Shown: one piece after another, positions 10,219-19,337 of the stretch
Layout of the letters: the number at the start of each line of letters is the position of its first letter
How positions within the stretch are numbered: position 1 is the first letter of the stretch
Assembly: GCA_963795855.1 (NCBI GenBank)
Contig: CAWCIZ010000002.1
Coordinates: 224,001 to 288,000, forward strand
Origin: Vulcanimicrobiota bacterium
GTDB taxonomy: Bacteria > Vulcanimicrobiota > Vulcanimicrobiia > Vulcanimicrobiales > Vulcanimicrobiaceae
Length of the DNA: 64,000 nt
Reading direction: 5' to 3'
The notes under the pieces: generated by a model
What the model saw: only the letters and a program-made list of their open reading frames with translations
What the model was told of the DNA's origin: nothing
The model's database searches: none
Position numbers and translations under genes: made by a program

Positions 10219-10255
10219 AAAAAATAAAAACAGCCCCCGCCGGACGGCGAGGGCT
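10219..10255 (-). terminator. Attenuator terminator upstream of aroF
   Basis: Minus strand AGCCCTCGCC-gtcc-GGCGGGGGCT followed by GTTTTTATTTTTT, about 25 nt before the aroF ATG. Confidence 0.9.
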
Positions 10256-10278
10256 TGTTGCGAACTCGAGTTTACAGA

Positions 10279-10365
10279 CTATCTCGTCAAGTGCGCAAAC
10301 AAGCTCTCGGCCCGTCCGGCGGACGGCCAATACCAGTAATACGCATACGAGAACGAGACGTTCAT
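10279..10365 (-). CDS. Aromatic amino-acid leader peptide MNVSFSYAYYWYWPSAGRAESLFAHLTR (28 aa)
   Basis: Hand translation from ATG 10365 to TAG 10281-10279. Codons 5-13 are F S Y A Y Y W Y W. The 3' half of the ORF is complementary to the terminator region. Confidence 0.85.
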   Translation of the reverse strand: MNVSFSYAYYWYWPSAGRAESLFAHLTR

Positions 10366-10372
10366 TTGCGCC

Positions 10373-10402
10373 ATCTAACCATGTGGGGCGGTGGAGTGTC
10401 AA
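10373..10402 (-). promoter_or_regulatory. Putative sigma70 promoter of the aro leader
   Basis: Perfect TTGACA, 18 nt, TTAGAT (weak -10), then 7 nt to the leader ATG; compatible with a leaderless transcript. Confidence 0.5.
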
Positions 10403-10422
10403 GTGCCGGCGAACGGCGAAGC

Positions 10423-11454
10423 ATGCAGATAGGCGAGCAGCACAGTGAAATGGAGGGCGGCGGCCTCTACAACGCGCACTCGCGGCCGCAGGCCTCGGCA
10501 GGAGAACTGGGGATTCCGCTTCTGCAGCGAGCAGCGCTGGAGGTGCCGCATCACCAAGGCTGCATTGGCGTTGCCGATCTCGGGTGTTCTCAAGGTAAAA
10601 ACTCCATGTCTCCGATGCGTGCCGCGATTGCGTCGCTGCGCTCGCGGGATGCGGCCGCTGCCGTCACGATAACGCACACCGACCTCCCCGCGAACGACTT
10701 CAACGCACTCTTCGGGCTGATCGGCTCATCCCCCGAGAGTTATCTGCGCGAGCAGCACAACGTCTACGCGTTTGCCGCGGGCGGTTCGTTTTACGCGCCG
10801 CTCTTCGCGCCGTGCAGCATCGATCTCGCGTGGAACTCGATCGCGGTTCATTGGCTGAGCGGCGTTCCTTGCGACATCCCGGGCCACATTTGGTCGCCTT
10901 TCGCTCAAGGGCAGGTTCGCGACGCATTCGCACAACGAGGCGCCGAAGATTGGCGCAGCTTCTCGATGCACGCGCGTGCGAACTGCGCCCGGGCGCGCAA
11001 TTGGTCGTCGTCGCGAGCGGCGCTGATGAAGCGGGATTTTCCGGCGCCGAGGGGCTCATGACCTTGGCTGAAGGCGTGTTGCGCGACATGGCGCAACGCG
11101 GCGATATTTCTAGCGCGCAGTACGAGGCGATGGCGATTCCGACATACTACCGCACGAAAGAGGAGTTCGAAGCGCCGCTGCGGGCATATTCGCCGTTTAC
11201 GCTGCTCGAGTCCGAGCCGGCGGTGCTCGCGGATCCGTTCTGGAACGCGTACGCCGGTTCGCGGGACGCGAGTGCGTATGCGCAAGCCGTCTCGGCATTC
11301 TTTCGGGCGTTCAGCGAGCCATGTTTGTTCGGCACATCGAATTCAGCAGCGGCAGACGCGTTTTACGCGGCAGTCGTGAAACGAATCGAAGCCGACCCCG
11401 CTGCAGCATCGTGCAAGTGGCAGACTGCTGCTGATGCGCTTACGGCGCGAGTAG
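10423..11454 (+). CDS. SAM-dependent carboxyl methyltransferase, SABATH/Methyltransf_7-like (indels near 10960 and 11425)
   Basis: MEGGGLYNAHSRPQ, VADLGCSQGKNS, DLPANDFNALF, GSFYAPLF, VHWLS, ELRPG, PTYYRT. Confidence 0.8.
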
Positions 11455-13551
11455 CGCTTCCAAGTCTTCCGCGCGAAGATTCGGCGTCGACGCGTCCGCC
11501 GCGTCGAACAGCGCGCCGGCCAATTCGGCTTTACGAGCCTGCAACTGCAGGATCTTCTCCTCGACCGTCCCGGCGGCAACGACTTTGTACACGAAAACCG
11601 CCTTCTCTTGGCCGATGCGGTGCGCCCGATCCGTCGCCTGCTGTTCGACCGCGGGATTCCACCACGGATCGTAGTGGATGACCGTATCCGCCGCGGTCAG
11701 ATTCAAACCGGTTCCGCCGGCGCGCAAACTGATGAGAAACACCGGCACTTCGCCGCTCTGAAAGCGCCGCACCGGCGTTGCGCGATCGAGAGTGGAACCC
11801 ACGAGTTCCGCATACGGTATGCCTACGCGATCGAGCTCCGGTTTGATCAGATCGATCATGCTCGTGAATTGCGAGAACACAAGCGCGCGACGCCCCTCGT
11901 CGACCAACTGCTCGAGCGTTTCGAGGAGCCATTCGAGTTTCACGCTGGAATGCGCGCGCACGGCGCTCGAAAGTTTCACCAACCGCGGGTCGCAGCAGAC
12001 TTGGCGCAACTTCAGCAGCGCGTCGAGCACGGCAATGCGGCTGCGCGCCAGGCCCAAGCGTTCGATCTCGCGGCGAACTTCTTCATGCACGGCAACCCGC
12101 ACCGATTCGTACAAATCCCGCTGATCCGCCGCGAGCTCCACGCGCTCGACGATTTCGATCTTTTCCGGCAACTGCAGGGCGACGCCGGCTTTCGTGCGCC
12201 GCAAAACGAATGGGCGAATGCGCCGCGCGAGCATATCGCGGCGCTCGGAGGAATTCTGCTTTTCGATCGGCGTGCGGAACATGCGCGCAAAGGTGCGTTG
12301 ATCGTAAAGAGCGTGCGGTATCGCGAAATTGAAAAGCGACCACAGCTCGCCGAGGTGATTTTCCATCGGCGTGCCCGTCAAACAGAGCCGTTGTTTGGCG
12401 CGCAGTTTGGACGCGGTACGCGCCACCTTGGATTGAGCGTTTTTTATCGCCTGCGCCTCGTCGAGAACGGCGACGTCCCACTCCCTCTCCAGAAAAATTT
12501 CGTCACGCACGAGCAGCGCGTAAGTCGTAATCACAACGTCGCTGCGGTCGATCCGATCGTGCAGCCGCTCGCGGTTGGGGCCGTGTAGCGTGAGAACGCG
12601 CAGCGACGGCGCGAAGCGTTCGATTTCGGCAAGCCAGTTCGGGACCAAGCTCGTCGGAACGACCAGCAGCGAGGGCGGCGGCTCGGAATCGTTGCGCCGA
12701 GCCTGACGGATGTCGAGTAAATGCGCGATCGCCTGCACACTCTTGCCTAAGCCCATGTCGTCGGCCAAGATGCCTCCGCACTCGTAGAGGCGCAGAAAGC
12801 GCAGCCAACGGAATCCTTCGTGCTGGTAGTCGCGCAGGGTAGCCTTCAACCCGTCGGGTATTGCCGCATCCGGAATACCCTCCACGGTGCGCAAACGTTC
12901 GGCCAACCGGTGCAGCGCTTTTGCATGTTCGTCTTCGGCCTGCAGTTCCGGCAACGCTTGTGCGATGCCGAGCGCCGCGAGCGGCCCGAGCGTGAGCTTT
13001 CCGCGCCGCGAAAATTGCGGATCCTCATGTAACTCCACCAACGTTTCCAGCACGCGGCGAATACGATCCATCGGCAGTACGACGACGCGCCCGTCCACGT
13101 TCGCATATGCGACCTCGCTCTGCGGCAGCGCTCCGGGATCCATCCCGCGCAGCACGTCGACGACGAGCGGCAACAGCGCAACCCGTTTCCCGTCGATTTC
13201 GACGCCGAGATCCAAGTCGAACCACTCGCCGGCGCGGGATTCGAGCCGCGCATCCCAAACCGCGCTTGGCGCGCTGAGATCGACGAAGAGATCGTAAAGA
13301 GTGTCGTCGATTTCGACAGTCCAGCCCGCGCGCTCGAGTGCTGGTACCCCTTCGTAGCGAAACCGGGCCCACGCCATCGGCGATGCGTTGCCTTGAGGCA
13401 GCCCCGCCGCAAGAAGCGCCTCGGTCTGCTGGGGCGGGGCGTCGGACTCCGCAAACCCGACGCGCGTGCGCACGCGCTTGGGCTGATCCCCTTTGTGCGT
13501 TCCAAAATCGTAGCGTTCTTCAACGCGCGTGGAGATTCGTAAAAGCGGCAA
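11440..13551 (-). CDS. SNF2-family helicase/ATPase (start uncertain)
   Basis: LRDYQ, LADDMGLGKS, LDEAQAIKN, LTGTPMENHLGELWSL, LRRTK, FSQF, GGTGLNLT, DPWWNPAVEQQATDRAHRIGQ. Confidence 0.92.
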   Translation of the reverse strand: MPLLRISTRVEERYDFGTHKGDQPKRVRTRVGFAESDAPPQQTEALLAAGLPQGNASPMAWARFRYEGVPALERAGWTVEIDDTLYDLFVDLSAPSAVWDARLESRAGEWFDLDLGVEIDGKRVALLPLVVDVLRGMDPGALPQSEVAYANVDGRVVVLPMDRIRRVLETLVELHEDPQFSRRGKLTLGPLAALGIAQALPELQAEDEHAKALHRLAERLRTVEGIPDAAIPDGLKATLRDYQHEGFRWLRFLRLYECGGILADDMGLGKSVQAIAHLLDIRQARRNDSEPPPSLLVVPTSLVPNWLAEIERFAPSLRVLTLHGPNRERLHDRIDRSDVVITTYALLVRDEIFLEREWDVAVLDEAQAIKNAQSKVARTASKLRAKQRLCLTGTPMENHLGELWSLFNFAIPHALYDQRTFARMFRTPIEKQNSSERRDMLARRIRPFVLRRTKAGVALQLPEKIEIVERVELAADQRDLYESVRVAVHEEVRREIERLGLARSRIAVLDALLKLRQVCCDPRLVKLSSAVRAHSSVKLEWLLETLEQLVDEGRRALVFSQFTSMIDLIKPELDRVGIPYAELVGSTLDRATPVRRFQSGEVPVFLISLRAGGTGLNLTAADTVIHYDPWWNPAVEQQATDRAHRIGQEKAVFVYKVVAAGTVEEKILQLQARKAELAGALFDAADASTPNLRAEDLEALLAP

Positions 13552-13693
13552 GCGATAAAGCTACGACGGCGGCGTGCCCAAGGCCTCGACCGCCGTGCCC
13601 GCTTCGGGGAAAGTCTGCATACAGAAATGGTACCAAGCGTTATGTATCCGCGGCCTCTGTGTGCAGTACACTGGCCTTGAAAGGGAGGTACCG

Positions 13694-14506
13694 GTGGCTG
13701 ACCGGCGTCGCATGCCCCGCACGATGCGTACGCTCGCGAAGATAGGCACGATTGATTCAGATGCCTCGGCTTTGGATCGTGCCGTCGCGGCGGATATGGT
13801 GCTTCGCCACCTGTTCGTCCCTCCGGCCCGCTCGGTCGACGGCGTACGCTATGCGGCGTACTACCGGTTCGCCGAGAAGCATAGCGGCGGCGACCTCATC
13901 GACGTGTACCGCTGTTCGGACGGCGACGCAAATTTCTCGCTCACCGACATTTCCGGAAAAGGCGTTACCGCCGCGCTGCATGCGGGTCTGGTGAAGTACG
14001 GGATTCGCGCGTATGCGACGGAACACGCACAACCGCGGGACGTCCTGCGCTGGCTGAACCGGTTCTATTGCGAAACCGACGCGTTCGAAGAAAACGAGTC
14101 CTTCGCGAGCGTATTCATGGCGCGCTACGATCCCCGCAAGCGCGTGCTCTCCTACGCATCGGCGGGGCATGACGGAGTCTTCGTGATACAGCCCCGCAGC
14201 GACACGCTCGTGCTCATGCCGCCGACCGGACCGGTCGTCGGCGTATTGCCGGACAGCCCGCACCTCTACACGGACCGCCGAATCGATATAGAACCGGGCG
14301 CGACGCTCGTCGCGGTCTCCGACGGAGTCTACGAGGCTCGGCGCGAGGGAGAACTCTTCGGGATGAAACGGCTGCAAGACGCCGCGGTCCGTCTGCGTCA
14401 CGGATCGCTGGACGATCTCGCGTGCGGCATCACGCGCGAAGCCGCTGCCTTCGGCCTTCATCGCGTCATCGACGACATGGCCGTGCTCGCGGTAACGTTC
14501 GAATAA
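13694..14506 (+). CDS. PP2C/SpoIIE-family (RsbU-like) Ser/Thr phosphatase
   Basis: GGGAGG RBS before GTG 13694; SGGDL, DISGKG, SAGH, SDGVYEAR, DDMAVL. Confidence 0.88.
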   Translation: MADRRRMPRTMRTLAKIGTIDSDASALDRAVAADMVLRHLFVPPARSVDGVRYAAYYRFAEKHSGGDLIDVYRCSDGDANFSLTDISGKGVTAALHAGLVKYGIRAYATEHAQPRDVLRWLNRFYCETDAFEENESFASVFMARYDPRKRVLSYASAGHDGVFVIQPRSDTLVLMPPTGPVVGVLPDSPHLYTDRRIDIEPGATLVAVSDGVYEARREGELFGMKRLQDAAVRLRHGSLDDLACGITREAAAFGLHRVIDDMAVLAVTFE

Positions 14507-14532
14507 GCCCGCAGCCGCGTAACGTGGAGGTG

Positions 14533-14560
14533 GGTGAACCAAATACCGCGCCCGCGCATA
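14533..14560 (+). promoter_or_regulatory. Putative ECF sigma promoter (GGTGAACC-N16-CATA) of the cupredoxin operon
   Basis: GAAC-type -35; ATG 14569 follows 8 nt after the -10 with no RBS; the operon contains an ECF sigma factor. Confidence 0.45.
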
Positions 14561-14568
14561 TAGCGGGC

Positions 14569-14853
14569 ATGACCGACCTTTTCTTGGCGATCACCATCGC
14601 CATCGGCGACTTCAAATACCAGCCCGCAACGCGGACCATCACCGCGGGCGAAACCGTTCGCTTTGAAAATCGCGACCAGGAAGCACACACCGTCACGGCA
14701 AGCGACGGTAGCTTCGATTCCGCGGGCGTCGACACCGGGCAGAGTTGGACGCACCGCTTTATGCGGCCCGGCCGCTACACGTACTATTGCGAACTGCACC
14801 CATACATGAAGGGCACGATCGTGGTAGTGCCTGCGCGAGAAAAGCGGAAATGA
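14569..14853 (+). CDS. Small cupredoxin (plastocyanin/amicyanin-like)
   Basis: AHTVT and YYCELHPYMKGTI (type-1 Cu ligands H, C, H, M). Confidence 0.88.
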   Translation: MTDLFLAITIAIGDFKYQPATRTITAGETVRFENRDQEAHTVTASDGSFDSAGVDTGQSWTHRFMRPGRYTYYCELHPYMKGTIVVVPAREKRK

Positions 14854-15731
14854 AACGGACTGCGTTTCTCGAGCACGTCGCATGGACCGGCGCAGGTATC
14901 GCCTATGCGCTCAGCGCAGGCGGCGTCTTTGAGGCCAGAGCTCTGGCCCAAGCCGATGCCATCGACTTCGTGCAAATCAGCGACAGCCACATCGGTTTCC
15001 ACCAGGCGGCGAATCCGCACGTGGCGGCGACGCTGAAAGCGTCCATCGACGCAATCAACGCGCTTCCAAATCAGCCCGCGTTCGTCGTGCACACCGGAGA
15101 CGTTACGCATCTTTCGACTCCGCAACAGTTTCAAACCGCAAAAGATCTGCTCTCGACTCTCAAGGCGCCGCTCGTCGTGCTTCCGGGCGAACACGACTTC
15201 ATCGGTTCCAATCACGCGCGCTTTTTCGAGGTCTTTCCGAGCGACGACAAGCACTCGACATGGCGCTCGTGGGATAGCGCCGGCGTGCATTACGTCGTCC
15301 TGATCAACGTCTTCGACTTCGAGAAGATGGGCTTGCTCGGCAACGATCAACTCGCATGGCTGCAGCGGGATCTCGCGAACGCGAAAACGAGCACCCCGAT
15401 CGTCGTGTTTACGCACGTTCCGTTGTACGCGTTGTACGCGCAATGGGGCTGGACGACGGAAGACGGCGGAAAGGCGCTCGCGCTGCTGCAGCGTTTCGAT
15501 CGGGTCACGGTCTTGAACGGTCACATCCACCAAATCGTGCGCCATCGAGAAGGCAACATCTCTTTCGCGAGCGCAAACGCGACGGCGTATCCACAGCCGG
15601 CGCCCGGCACGGCGCCCAAGCCCGGGCCGCTCGCATTGCCGCACGATTCGCTCTTGCATGCAATTGGCTACCGGACCGTCGAACTGGACGATCGTGGACG
15701 CGCCGACATCGCGGACCATTCGCTCGCCTAA
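14850..15731 (+). CDS. Metallophosphoesterase (CpdA/Icc-like) with Tat-like leader
   Basis: SDSH, TGDVTH, PGEHD, THVP, NGHIHQ. ATGA overlap with the cupredoxin stop. Confidence 0.9.
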   Translation: MKRTAFLEHVAWTGAGIAYALSAGGVFEARALAQADAIDFVQISDSHIGFHQAANPHVAATLKASIDAINALPNQPAFVVHTGDVTHLSTPQQFQTAKDLLSTLKAPLVVLPGEHDFIGSNHARFFEVFPSDDKHSTWRSWDSAGVHYVVLINVFDFEKMGLLGNDQLAWLQRDLANAKTSTPIVVFTHVPLYALYAQWGWTTEDGGKALALLQRFDRVTVLNGHIHQIVRHREGNISFASANATAYPQPAPGTAPKPGPLALPHDSLLHAIGYRTVELDDRGRADIADHSLA

Positions 15732-16269
15732 CGCGTTCGAGCAGCACGCAATCGAAGCGGCGTTCGTTGCACGTCAGGCCTGGGCGTTCGAAGCAGCGTA
15801 TCAGGCGTACCGGCGTCGCCTGTACGGCACCGCATTCACCGTTTTGCGCGACGCCGGCGGTGCGGAAGACTGCGTGCACGACGTCCTCGTACGGTTATGG
15901 ACGCACGGGCACGCGTATTGCACGTCTCGCGGTTCGCTGGAAGCGTTTCTCGTCGTGTGCGTGCGGAACGATGCACTCTCGCGATTGCGGCGCGCGCGCA
16001 ATCGGGAACGGATCGTGCGCGAACACCTTAGCGTCGTGGAGTCCACAACCGCTTCGGACGATCCGGCGGTGCGGCGGATCGACGTCGCGCGCGCGATGTC
16101 GCGCTTGAACGAGAACCAGCAGCGCGCAATCCGCTTGGCGTATTTCGACGGTCTCACGCACGAGCAGATCGCGCAACGCCTCGGCGAACCGGTCGGCACC
16201 ATCAAAAGCCGGCTCTCGAATTCGCTTCGGCTGCTGCGCACGCTGCTGTCCCAGGGTGAAACGGAATGA
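15694..16269 (+). CDS. ECF RNA polymerase sigma factor (SigK-like; start uncertain)
   Basis: AEDCVHDVLVRLW (region 2); LAYFDGLTHEQIAQRLGEPVGTIKSRL (region 4). Confidence 0.88.
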   Translation: MDAPTSRTIRSPNAFEQHAIEAAFVARQAWAFEAAYQAYRRRLYGTAFTVLRDAGGAEDCVHDVLVRLWTHGHAYCTSRGSLEAFLVVCVRNDALSRLRRARNRERIVREHLSVVESTTASDDPAVRRIDVARAMSRLNENQQRAIRLAYFDGLTHEQIAQRLGEPVGTIKSRLSNSLRLLRTLLSQGETE

Positions 16270-16910
16270 ACGTCAACGAGCATATCGGCGAACTCGCGGA
16301 ACTCTACGCGCTCGGAACGCTCGATGAAACGGAGCGGGCCGGCGTGGACGCGCATGCCGCGGCATGTGACGCCTGCGCGCGGCGTCTCGGCGAAGCGGAA
16401 TCGGTCGTGGCTCAAACGATGCCCGAGGTGGAACCGGCGGCAACGCTCGACCGGCGCATGCGCGCGGCATTCAAGCCGCGCGGTCCGGTGCTCGCGCACT
16501 GGAGCGCGATTGCCGCGGCCGCCTTCGTGGTGGGTCTGCTGCCCGGACTTCTTTTCGCGGCGCTCCATCGCCCCGCGTCCGTATACGATGGCGATCGCAG
16601 CGGCGCCATTTCGGCGATGGTCGGCAGCCATTTCCTTCACGCGCAATTCACGCCGGTAGCTGCCGGAGCGCCGAAAGCGAAAGTGCTCTACGGGCGTGCC
16701 GGTCGGTCCTGGCGGTTCTTCGTCGCGCAGACCGGGCGTTCGTATACCGTCGCGGCGGAAACGCCGGCTGGGCAAAGCGCCCTTGGAGCGCTGCGCACGA
16801 ACGGCGATTCGGCGGAGCTGTTCGTCCCCGTCTCGACCGCCCGAACGTTCGTCCTTTTGGACGGCTCGCGCGTACTGGCTCGCGTTCGCCTGCCCGCACT
16901 GAAAAAGTAA
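16266..16910 (+). CDS. Anti-sigma factor with zf-HC2 motif and one TM helix (RskA-like)
   Basis: LYALGTLD..E...HAAACDAC followed by a TM segment; ATGA coupling to the sigma gene. Confidence 0.85.
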   Translation: MNVNEHIGELAELYALGTLDETERAGVDAHAAACDACARRLGEAESVVAQTMPEVEPAATLDRRMRAAFKPRGPVLAHWSAIAAAAFVVGLLPGLLFAALHRPASVYDGDRSGAISAMVGSHFLHAQFTPVAAGAPKAKVLYGRAGRSWRFFVAQTGRSYTVAAETPAGQSALGALRTNGDSAELFVPVSTARTFVLLDGSRVLARVRLPALKK

Positions 16911-16958
16911 CCCCGGTTGACCGATACGCTGGAATGACAGGATGTCAGGAGCGCTATC

Positions 16959-17177
16959 ATGGTGGAAGGCACGCCCTTACCGGGGCCCGATTTTACAGTT
17001 GACTGGGCGAAGCTCAACAACGAACTTTTCGCGACGATCTACGCGAACGCTGAACTGCACGCGCGCTACGAGCGGGCCGACTGGCTCGAAGCCCAAGAGA
17101 TTTGCGCCGAACAATTCGACGTCTTGGTAAAAGACGTCGCCGATTTCGTCGCGCGGTTCATCGTGCTCGACCGCTGA
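16959..17177 (+). CDS. Hypothetical protein (72 aa)
   Basis: AGGAG RBS; fills the gap before a convergent gene. Confidence 0.55.
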   Translation: MVEGTPLPGPDFTVDWAKLNNELFATIYANAELHARYERADWLEAQEICAEQFDVLVKDVADFVARFIVLDR

Positions 17178-17180
17178 TCG

Positions 17181-17423
17181 CTATTCGGCGGCGCGCAGGG
17201 TCATCCAAAACGCCGGGGATTGCGTCATCCAGCGCGGCACGTTGCCTTTGCGGATCGCCAGTCTCTCGACCGCGTCCCGACCCATGAGGCGCGCGCCGAC
17301 GCGCGTTACCATGCTGTGCGCCTTCGCGTCGTCGATGCCGCGTGCAACGAGAAATCCTGCGTAGCCGGTAATCGCCGTGTATCCGAGCACAACGAGAAAG
17401 ATCCCAGCCCCCAAAAACCGCAT
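17181..17423 (-). CDS. Small membrane-anchored hypothetical protein
   Basis: N-terminal hydrophobic helix; non-overlapping ORF. Confidence 0.55.
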   Translation of the reverse strand: MRFLGAGIFLVVLGYTAITGYAGFLVARGIDDAKAHSMVTRVGARLMGRDAVERLAIRKGNVPRWMTQSPAFWMTLRAAE

Positions 17424-17476
17424 ATCGGGTGAACGATTCGTCGCGTTCCCCCGTTACGCTTTTCGGCGCGCGCGAA

Positions 17477-17812
17477 TCAGGACTCTATGACGTCGGGCTG
17501 CGTTTGCAGTTCGCGCAAGTCCGCGTAAAGTTCGGCTTGATTGCGAAGATCGCGCCGGATGCGCCGCTGCCCCGCATCGGGAAGCCGCCGTCGCTTGAGG
17601 TATTCGAAGATGCGATCGCGTTCGATGGTGCGTTGCTGCGGCGCGGTCCGCGAGTAGCGGAACACATAGAGGCGCCCTTCTTCATCGAACTCGGGCACCG
17701 CCGGAGCGTTGACCGTTTCCGACGTCGTCGTCGCCGGCGTGAAACGGATAGTGAAGGGCTTGACCCAAGCCGCCGAACCGCGCAGAACTTTGACGTCGCC
17801 GAAGATTTTCAT
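17477..17812 (-). CDS. Hypothetical protein (111 aa)
   Basis: Strong GGGAGG RBS; non-overlapping ORF. Confidence 0.6.
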   Translation of the reverse strand: MKIFGDVKVLRGSAAWVKPFTIRFTPATTTSETVNAPAVPEFDEEGRLYVFRYSRTAPQQRTIERDRIFEYLKRRRLPDAGQRRIRRDLRNQAELYADLRELQTQPDVIES

Positions 17813-17898
17813 GGTTTGCCTCCCCCCTAGGCAATATACCCACTATTAACTCGTTCGGCAGCAGAGCAAGCGGTCATTGGGCGCGATGGACTACGACC

Positions 17899-19287
17899 TT
17901 AGCATGACGAGCCGCCCGTGAGAAGGACGAAAGCATCATTCGGCCCTAGCGGCAGCGCCGGCCCGACGGGTCGCCCCATGAGGTCGCGGTACGACGGCCC
18001 CGCCGGCAGCGCAAACGTGGCGGCCGACGCCGATGCATTGACGATGGAGATGCCGCCGCTAAACCGGCGGACGTAGACGTTGGCGGCGTTCCCGACCGCG
18101 CCGCACGCGTGACCGATCGGCGCATCGTATTCCGGGTGATACTGCATGGTTCCGTACTCGTGGTTCCCGCCGGTGAACAGCAGCAAGCCGCCGTCGTTCG
18201 CCAGCAGGTACGTCGCGATCGCGTATTCGAGGCCGCGAGAATCCACGTGCGCTTCGTTCGTAAACTTGTCCACGATCATCATGCCGGTGCCGTGCTGCTG
18301 CGCGTACTGGGCGTATGCAAGTTCGTTACGAAATACTCCGCCGGCGGACGCCGTGTAGTTTCCGTAGTCGCTGAAGCCCGTTTCATCCATTACGACGTCG
18401 GTATTCTGTACGAGTTCCTGCTCGTCGGCATCGGCGAGGGAGCCGGCGGGATGGTTCACGATCAACGTCAATCCGTATTGATGCGCGATGGAACGGGCCT
18501 GCCGCACGTACTGCACGACGTCGCGCGCGTACTGCGCATCGCCCGCGCTTGCATATTCGCGCTCGAACGTGCCGCCGTGCCAGCTTCCGCAGCCGTACTC
18601 GCCGTTCGCGACCCGCTGATGGAAATTCGGATTGCCGCCGTGATAGATGTTCCAAAAGACGACTTGGTCGATCGCGAGCGCGTTGTATCCTGCGGCCTTC
18701 GCATGCTGCGCCATCGTTTGCACTTGATATGCCACCGCGGCAGGATTATGGATATCGATCGGCACGTCCGGCACGTTGATTCCGCTCATGTACGCGACGT
18801 CGTGCGTGGCCGACCCCGAAGCCGAACAGGCGTAAAGGATCCAATCCGGATGATTTTGCTGCCACCACGAAAAGTCGCGTCCCGTGATGCTGTGTTGATC
18901 CAAACCCATGATGAAATACTGCGACACGAGTGCAGCAGGATGCTGCGCGGTCCATGCACTCGGTTCCATGGCGCCCCACACGGCATCTATGCGCGAGCCG
19001 TGCGCACGAATCTGCGAGTCCGGTATGTAGCCCGCATGAAAGTCGAAGACTTGGAAAAGGCCGATGCGTCCGCGCGTATCCGGAACGCGTGTCGATCCCG
19101 AAGTGCCGGGCGCCGGTGAGGATGCCGGACCAGCACTCGGTGCGGAGGTGGGATTCGATGCATGCGGTGCGCCCGGCACAACGGGAACGACTCCCGGCGC
19201 CGAAACGGATCCGCCGCCTCCCCCGCAAGCGACGAATAAAAAACAGAGTGCGCATGCGACGAAAAGGCGAGTGTGTCGCACCGCCAC
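17899..19287 (-). CDS. Lipoprotein, putative TIM-barrel glycoside hydrolase (GHL15-like)
   Basis: Lipobox FVAC-GGGG, Pro/Ser linker, NHPDWILY, GYNALAID, MDETGF, VYVRRFSGG..IVN. Confidence 0.7.
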   Translation of the reverse strand: MAVRHTRLFVACALCFLFVACGGGGGSVSAPGVVPVVPGAPHASNPTSAPSAGPASSPAPGTSGSTRVPDTRGRIGLFQVFDFHAGYIPDSQIRAHGSRIDAVWGAMEPSAWTAQHPAALVSQYFIMGLDQHSITGRDFSWWQQNHPDWILYACSASGSATHDVAYMSGINVPDVPIDIHNPAAVAYQVQTMAQHAKAAGYNALAIDQVVFWNIYHGGNPNFHQRVANGEYGCGSWHGGTFEREYASAGDAQYARDVVQYVRQARSIAHQYGLTLIVNHPAGSLADADEQELVQNTDVVMDETGFSDYGNYTASAGGVFRNELAYAQYAQQHGTGMMIVDKFTNEAHVDSRGLEYAIATYLLANDGGLLLFTGGNHEYGTMQYHPEYDAPIGHACGAVGNAANVYVRRFSGGISIVNASASAATFALPAGPSYRDLMGRPVGPALPLGPNDAFVLLTGGSSC

Positions 19288-19337
19288 ATCTAACCGCGCG
19301 ACGCGAATCGCTCACAGTGGGAGAAGTCCCGCTCGCG

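Noticed and set aside
10200..10400. T-box riboswitch as the aro operon regulator
   Set aside because: No T-box consensus (GGTGG.ACC) precedes the terminator; the leader ORF explains the structure.
1..13551. Nuclease-helicase plus SNF2 ATPase as a defence island
   Set aside because: They are 8.5 kb apart, separated by housekeeping genes, with no partner genes, mobility genes or visible composition shift.
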